A DNA stretch of 11,758 nucleotides from Rhodothermales bacterium (GTDB lineage: Bacteria; Bacteroidota; Rhodothermia; Rhodothermales; VXPQ01), in assembly GCA_040904565.1 (NCBI GenBank), contig JBBDTI010000006.1, positions 1-11,758 on the forward strand. Direction: 5' to 3'. Within the stretch, counting starts at the first letter, position 1. Each line of letters opens with the position of its first letter. Shown here one piece after another: positions 7,314-11,758 of this stretch. Made by a program: the position numbers and the translations under genes. The notes beneath the pieces are model-generated. The model did no database searches. It was not told where the DNA came from and saw only the letters and a program-made list of their open reading frames with translations.

Positions 7314-10277
7314 GTGCGGGGATCCAGATTGAAGGACATACGAGGGGGTGCGTCGACAGGCCGGCAGCCGGCGCAGTTGGCTTTGCTCTTCTACCGAGAC
7401 GCGGAGGCGACGGAAAGCGGTGCTGAGGCCGGTGCCCGTACGCAAGGCTCGGAAAGCGAGAGAACCGACGGACATGCAAGGCCGGCGGCCGGCGCCTACC
7501 GCCTGCTGTTTCGCCTTCAACTGCACCGGCACGGGTGGAGTCTTCATCCCACGGCCCGGTTCGTGACGCCGGATGGCACCGTCGGAGCGGAGGCGCCGGG
7601 TGCCCTCGCGCCGAACCTCGATCGGGCTCGAAAGAAGTCGCGCGAGGCGAATGCGCTCGGCTTCATGCAGCAGGGCGTGAAGGCCGGCCGGCGGGGATTC
7701 AGGCGGCGCTACAGCTTTGACGACCGGGCCGAGGCCGGATACGTCTTTCGCCAGCTCCGGGACGCCGACATCTACATGCATTCGAGTTTTCGAAGCCGGC
7801 TGCAGCGGCACCCTACTCCCGTACGGTTTCGACTCAACGTGCTCGTGGAAGGCGAGAATGCCTACGCGTTGCATCTCACGCTCGCCGATCCTCGCGGAGA
7901 TGAAATCCCCATCGACGGGTCGAGCCGGATCCTGACTGTCGACGGCGAGAGCGCCTTCGTTTATGTGGATCGCGTGCTCTATGAGGCATCGGATTGCCCG
8001 CCCCCGTCTATCCTCGACCTGTTCTTGAAGGGCGAGATCCCGTCCGGATTGCCGTTCGGCGCCGTCATGAAGTGGTTAGAGCGGCTTCCGCCCGGTCTGG
8101 CCGACGGCGTCGCCCGCGATCTCTCGGGCGCCGTCGAGCCGCAGCTCATCCGCACGTTCAAGGGATGCCGGCTGCACCTCTCCGAAACCGGTAACCGGCT
8201 TGATGCGCGCTGCTCGTTCGTCTACGAGCGGGATCTCGAAGTGCCGGCCCTCCCGGAGGCGCGGACAAAGCTGATTAGCAAAGGCGGGGTGCTATATCGC
8301 GTCGAGCGTGATGCGGAGCGGGAAAAACCGTTCGTCAAGGCCCTCAAAAAGGCCGGTTTGCGTCCCATCGGCGACGTACTCCGTCTCGATGCGGATGTCG
8401 ATCCGATCCGGTTTGTCCTGTACGGCGTGCCGGATCTCGAGGAGCAAGGTGTCGTCGTGACCGAGGAGCTCACGCGCTACAAGGTCCGGCGCTCGAAGCC
8501 GAAGCTCAGCGTGGCCGTCCAGTCGGGCATCGACTGGTTCGACCTGAACGTGGTACTCGATTACGACGGCATCCGCCTGAATCTTCAGGAGATCCTCGAA
8601 GCAGTTCGCGAGAACGCGGACTATGTCACGCTGCGCGACGGTAGCATCGCGCGGTTCGATCGGTCGATCAGGGACGCGCTCGGTTTTTTGAGTGCGGCAG
8701 GACGGCAGGGACCGCGGGACGGCACGCTTCGCCTCGGCCGGGCCCAGCTTCTCGCCACGGAAGACGTCGTCCGCCTCGCCGACGAGCGGCGGACTGACGA
8801 GGCCTTCGACGCGACGCTCGCCCGCCTTTGCTCGTTCGACGGAATCGAGCGGACGCCGCCGGCAGCAGGCTTCGCGGCGGAGCTGCGCACGTATCAACAG
8901 GCGGGCCTCGACTGGCTGAACTTTCTGCGCACCTACGGTTTCGGCGGGATCCTGGCCGATGACATGGGACTGGGGAAGACCGTGCAGACCCTGGCGTTGC
9001 TGCACCTGCAGAGGCACGGCGAATCCCGCCGCGGCGGTCCGTACCTCGTCGTCGCCCCGACGTCGATCGTCTACAACTGGCAGCGCGAGGTCGAACGATT
9101 CACGCCCGACCTGACGACGCTGAATTACACGGGCCCGGACCGGCCTCGTAATCTGCGGGAGCTTCGAAAGCATGACGTGGTGTTCACGAGTTACGCTATT
9201 CTCCGCCGCGATGCGGGCATCCTCGCGCAGATCGACTTCGACACGGTGGTTCTCGACGAGTCGCAGCACATCAAGAATCCGGATTCGCAGACGTTCAAGG
9301 CCGCCGTCAGCCTCGCGGCGCGGCACCGGTTGTGCCTCACCGGCACGCCCGTCGAGAACAGCACGGTCGAGTTGTGGGCGCAGATGCATTTCGCCAATCC
9401 GGGCGGCCTCGGTTCGTTGAACGGTTTCAAGGACCGCTTCGTCACACCTATCGAAAAGTATGGCGACCGCACGGCGGCCGAGCGGCTTCGCCGGCTGACG
9501 TCTCCGTTCATCTTGCGGCGGCGGAAGGAAGAGGTGGCCTCCGACTTGCCGCCGAAGATCGAGCAGGTGGTCTACTGCGAGATGGACGACACGCAGCGAT
9601 CCGTCTATGAGAAATGGCGTGATTACTACCGCGCCAACGTGCTGGATCACATCCAGGCCGAGGGCCTCGATAAGTCGCGCATGAAGGTACTCGAGGGCCT
9701 CATGAAGCTCCGCCAGATCAGCAATCATCCGCGCCTGGTCGAGGCGAACTACACGGGCGCCTCCGGCAAGTTCGAGCTATTGATGGAGACGCTGGAGGAG
9801 CTGCGCGACGAAGGGCACAAGGTCCTCGTTTTCTCGCAATTCGTGAAGATGCTCGACGTGATTCGCGCAGCGCTTGACGGCGACGGCGTGCCGTATGCCT
9901 ACCTCGACGGAAGCACGCGCGATCGGCAGGCCGTCGTCGACGCCTTCCAACAGGACCCGACGGTATCGTGCTTCCTCATCTCGCTGCGCGCCGGGGGTGT
10001 CGGGCTTAATCTAACGGCGGCCGATTACGTGATGCTGGTAGACCCGTGGTGGAATCCGGCCGTCGAGATGCAGGCGATCGACCGGACGCACCGCATCGGC
10101 CAGAGCAAGGCGGTCTTCGCCCAGAAGCTCATTACCCGCGGTACGGTCGAAGAGAAGATTCTCGAGCTCCAGGCCCGCAAGAAGCAGCTCGCGGAGGACG
10201 TCGTCGCGGTGGACGACGGCATGCTCAAGCATCTCTCCTTGGAGGACGTCGAGGCGTTCTTCGGGGTGCGTACGTAG
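7314..10277 (+). CDS. Snf2-family (SF2) helicase-like ATPase
   Basis: Motif I GGILADDMGLGKT, Ia VVAPTS, II LDESQHIKN, III LTGTPVEN, IV LVFSQF, V SLRAGGVGLNL and VI QAIDRTHRIGQ. The upstream SGIDWFDL segment fits the bacterial SNF2-associated region. The start is uncertain (GTG 7314 or TTG 7329). Confidence 0.96.
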   Translation: MRGSRLKDIRGGASTGRQPAQLALLFYRDAEATESGAEAGARTQGSESERTDGHARPAAGAYRLLFRLQLHRHGWSLHPTARFVTPDGTVGAEAPGALAPNLDRARKKSREANALGFMQQGVKAGRRGFRRRYSFDDRAEAGYVFRQLRDADIYMHSSFRSRLQRHPTPVRFRLNVLVEGENAYALHLTLADPRGDEIPIDGSSRILTVDGESAFVYVDRVLYEASDCPPPSILDLFLKGEIPSGLPFGAVMKWLERLPPGLADGVARDLSGAVEPQLIRTFKGCRLHLSETGNRLDARCSFVYERDLEVPALPEARTKLISKGGVLYRVERDAEREKPFVKALKKAGLRPIGDVLRLDADVDPIRFVLYGVPDLEEQGVVVTEELTRYKVRRSKPKLSVAVQSGIDWFDLNVVLDYDGIRLNLQEILEAVRENADYVTLRDGSIARFDRSIRDALGFLSAAGRQGPRDGTLRLGRAQLLATEDVVRLADERRTDEAFDATLARLCSFDGIERTPPAAGFAAELRTYQQAGLDWLNFLRTYGFGGILADDMGLGKTVQTLALLHLQRHGESRRGGPYLVVAPTSIVYNWQREVERFTPDLTTLNYTGPDRPRNLRELRKHDVVFTSYAILRRDAGILAQIDFDTVVLDESQHIKNPDSQTFKAAVSLAARHRLCLTGTPVENSTVELWAQMHFANPGGLGSLNGFKDRFVTPIEKYGDRTAAERLRRLTSPFILRRRKEEVASDLPPKIEQVVYCEMDDTQRSVYEKWRDYYRANVLDHIQAEGLDKSRMKVLEGLMKLRQISNHPRLVEANYTGASGKFELLMETLEELRDEGHKVLVFSQFVKMLDVIRAALDGDGVPYAYLDGSTRDRQAVVDAFQQDPTVSCFLISLRAGGVGLNLTAADYVMLVDPWWNPAVEMQAIDRTHRIGQSKAVFAQKLITRGTVEEKILELQARKKQLAEDVVAVDDGMLKHLSLEDVEAFFGVRT

Positions 10278-10358
10278 ATTCGGAGGTGGTCGGCATCTTT
10301 TCGCCGGACTGCACTGGACGCCTCAGGCGACCGTATTCTTGCATGGTCGTCATTAGGA

Positions 10359-10377
10359 TATACTTTACTAAAGTATA
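10359..10377. promoter_or_regulatory. Perfect AT-rich palindrome, operator-like
   Basis: TATACTTTA-C-TAAAGTATA: 9-bp perfect inverted repeat with a 1-nt spacer, in a GC-rich background. Confidence 0.6.
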
Positions 10378-10506
10378 CTTGAACGACAGGCTAGACGGCC
10401 TCTGTTGGGTACAGAAAACACAGCCCGGAAGTCATACAATAAGAACCGGACTCCGTCGTGACGCGTTAATGCTTATGTCACGTCGTCAGGATCGAGCGCT
10501 GGATCA

Positions 10507-10734
10507 ATGGCTACTGCCGAGAAAATAGCAGAGTATGTACGCCTTCTTCCGGAGAGGCTTCAGGTGGAAGTGTTGGATTTCGTCTCTTTTCTCTTGTCAA
10601 AAGGTGGCAAGAGTGGACCCGACTCAGACCGAAGTGAATGGAGTCATTATTCTCTCGAGTCGGCGATGCGCGGTATGGAGGCGGATGATGATCCGGAATA
10701 TGACGCCGACGACTTGAAGGAGACCTTCTCGTGA
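10507..10734 (+). CDS. DUF2281-family putative antitoxin
   Basis: LPERLQVEVLDFVSFLLSK is the DUF2281 motif, followed by an acidic tail (SLESAMRGME..EYDADDLKETF). GTGA overlap with the toxin start. Confidence 0.88.
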   Translation: MATAEKIAEYVRLLPERLQVEVLDFVSFLLSKGGKSGPDSDRSEWSHYSLESAMRGMEADDDPEYDADDLKETFS

Positions 10735-11087
10735 AGTCTCCTGGACAGGTTGTCGTTTTTCGATTTCCCCAGACGGACCAATCGGAAGGTAAACTCCGAC
10801 CCGCGCTTTTGATCTCGTCAGTCCCCGGGCCGTTCGACGACTGGCTGGTTTGCATGATCACATCCCAGCTTCGTCATCTAGTCGAGGGTTTTGACGAAGT
10901 GATTGGGCCAAACGACGGTGATTTCGGCGACTCCGGCTTGAAGGCTAAAAGTCTCATCCGAATTGGACGACTGGCTGTCGTTGACGGCTCCGTTCTTCTC
11001 GGAGCAATCGGTGAGATCTCTCATTACAGATTTGAGCGAGTCAAGCGCAGAATTGTAGACTGGGTACTCGGCGAACCGGTCGTCTAG
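10731..11087 (+). CDS. PemK/MazF family toxin, apparently intact
   Basis: GQVVVFRFPQTD..GKLRPALLIS..VCMITS..SGLKAKSLIR..L..IGEI covers the full-length PemK-like pattern, with the conserved Arg (RP) and Thr (ITS). Confidence 0.92.
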   Translation: MKSPGQVVVFRFPQTDQSEGKLRPALLISSVPGPFDDWLVCMITSQLRHLVEGFDEVIGPNDGDFGDSGLKAKSLIRIGRLAVVDGSVLLGAIGEISHYRFERVKRRIVDWVLGEPVV

Positions 11088-11305
11088 TGCAGCCGCCCTT
11101 CGGATAATTCGGCTCGTTCTTGCGCGATCAGGGAAAGTCGGACAGCAATGTGGATATTCTCATCGAGGCAACCGGATCGTCGGACGGGGCGCAACGAGTA
11201 TTCCTCGCCACTCCGGCGCTTGATACGGACCTCCCCGTGGCGGCGTGCCTCATTGAGGAGGGACGCCAACTTTCTCCTTGCTTCCGAATAGGTGTAGACT
11301 CTCAT
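11084..11305 (-). CDS. Phd/YefM-family antitoxin, C-terminus probably replaced
   Basis: MRVYTYSEARRKLASLLNEARRHGEVRIKRRSG is a Phd N-terminal domain, with GGAGG/GGAAG upstream. The last ~25 aa are the antisense reading of the MNT remnant. Confidence 0.75.
   Translation of the reverse strand: MRVYTYSEARRKLASLLNEARRHGEVRIKRRSGEEYSLRPVRRSGCLDENIHIAVRLSLIAQERAELSEGRLH
11090..11170 (+). pseudogene. Minimal nucleotidyltransferase (MNT/MntA-like antitoxin) remnant
   Basis: FGSFLRDQGKSDSNVDILIE (11108-11167) matches the GS-x10-DxD signature with the first Asp changed to Asn. AALRI precedes it across a 1-nt frameshift. There is no start, no C-terminus and no adjacent HEPN partner. Confidence 0.65.
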
Positions 11306-11331
11306 ATCGCTTCCGTCCTCCGGCCTGGCGT

Positions 11332-11544
11332 TCAACGGATATCTATCAGGTCAATTCCCGCGCGCCGGCCGGCATCGTTCTGACCGCCATCGAGCGAAAG
11401 TAGCGGACAGCCGTAATTACGCTCCACGGCGATCGGGTACGCGTCGTCTGCGTAGGTTGCGCTTGAATTTCTTGGTGAGCGCGTTGGGAATTTCGAACCG
11501 CAGGGTCTCCACGGGAAGAACCTCCACCCCGTCCCTTTCGCCAT
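11332..11544 (-). pseudogene. Degraded VapC-type PIN toxin (toxin-first operon)
   Basis: One frame reads GVEVLPVETLRFEIPNALTKKFKR (compare L.AP..L.FEIGNAL..MFKR). A second reads YADDAYP..YGCPLLSLD..AGRRAGI (compare YAYDAYF..PLLTLD). The N-terminus and middle helices are missing. Confidence 0.75.
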
Positions 11545-11568
11545 GACGCCGCTCGCGGTGGGAGGTTC

Positions 11569-11582
11569 TGTACATTTGTACA
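11569..11582. promoter_or_regulatory. Operator-like palindrome upstream of the vapC-phd operon
   Basis: TGTACA-TT-TGTACA, about 25 bp upstream of the degraded PIN gene on the minus strand. Confidence 0.55.
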
Positions 11583-11597
11583 AAGGTGACGGGGTGA

Positions 11598-11744
11598 TCA
11601 GAGCGCATCAAAGGCGAGCTGAGCCTGGGGCGATGTCGGCTCGACGATTTCGTAGCCGAGCGCTTTGTAGCCTGGTCGACGGCGGGCGTGCATGCTGGCT
11701 CGTGCCGTGTCGCAACGATGCCCTCTAGCAAGACCTGATTCGCC
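11598..11744 (-). pseudogene. Possible C-terminal remnant of an SF2 (DEAD/DEAH, restriction-like) helicase
   Basis: RASMHARRRPGYKALGYEIVE..QLAF..* resembles the LxxMxxKRxxGYxxxGY terminus of such helicases. An in-frame TGA at 11745-11747 cuts it off from upstream sequence. Confidence 0.4.
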
Positions 11745-11758
11745 TCAAATGATCTCCG

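Noticed and set aside
8292-9728. 478-aa antisense ORF inside the Snf2 gene, and the other overlapping ORFs in the track
   Set aside because: Shadow frames produced by high-GC codon bias. They have no recognisable motifs, and the sense gene is unambiguous.
10278-10350. Rho-independent terminator after the Snf2 gene
   Set aside because: Only a weak imperfect stem, with no following U-tract.

Overview
GC-rich bacterial accessory island that begins just after an intact aldo/keto reductase gene. It contains an intact Snf2-family helicase, two broken pRiA4b ORF-3-like genes and two conserved hypothetical genes. It also holds an unusually dense set of toxin-antitoxin (TA) modules: six recognisable pairs plus three short remnants (DUF433/DUF5615, ParE-like, MNT-like). 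Only DUF2281/MazF looks complete. In four pairs the antitoxin is intact while the toxin is truncated or internally deleted. The divergent intergenic region at 6883-7313 carries two tandem repeats and two inverted arrays of DnaA-box-like 9-mers spaced 11 bp apart. All family calls come from motif recognition by eye; no database search was run.
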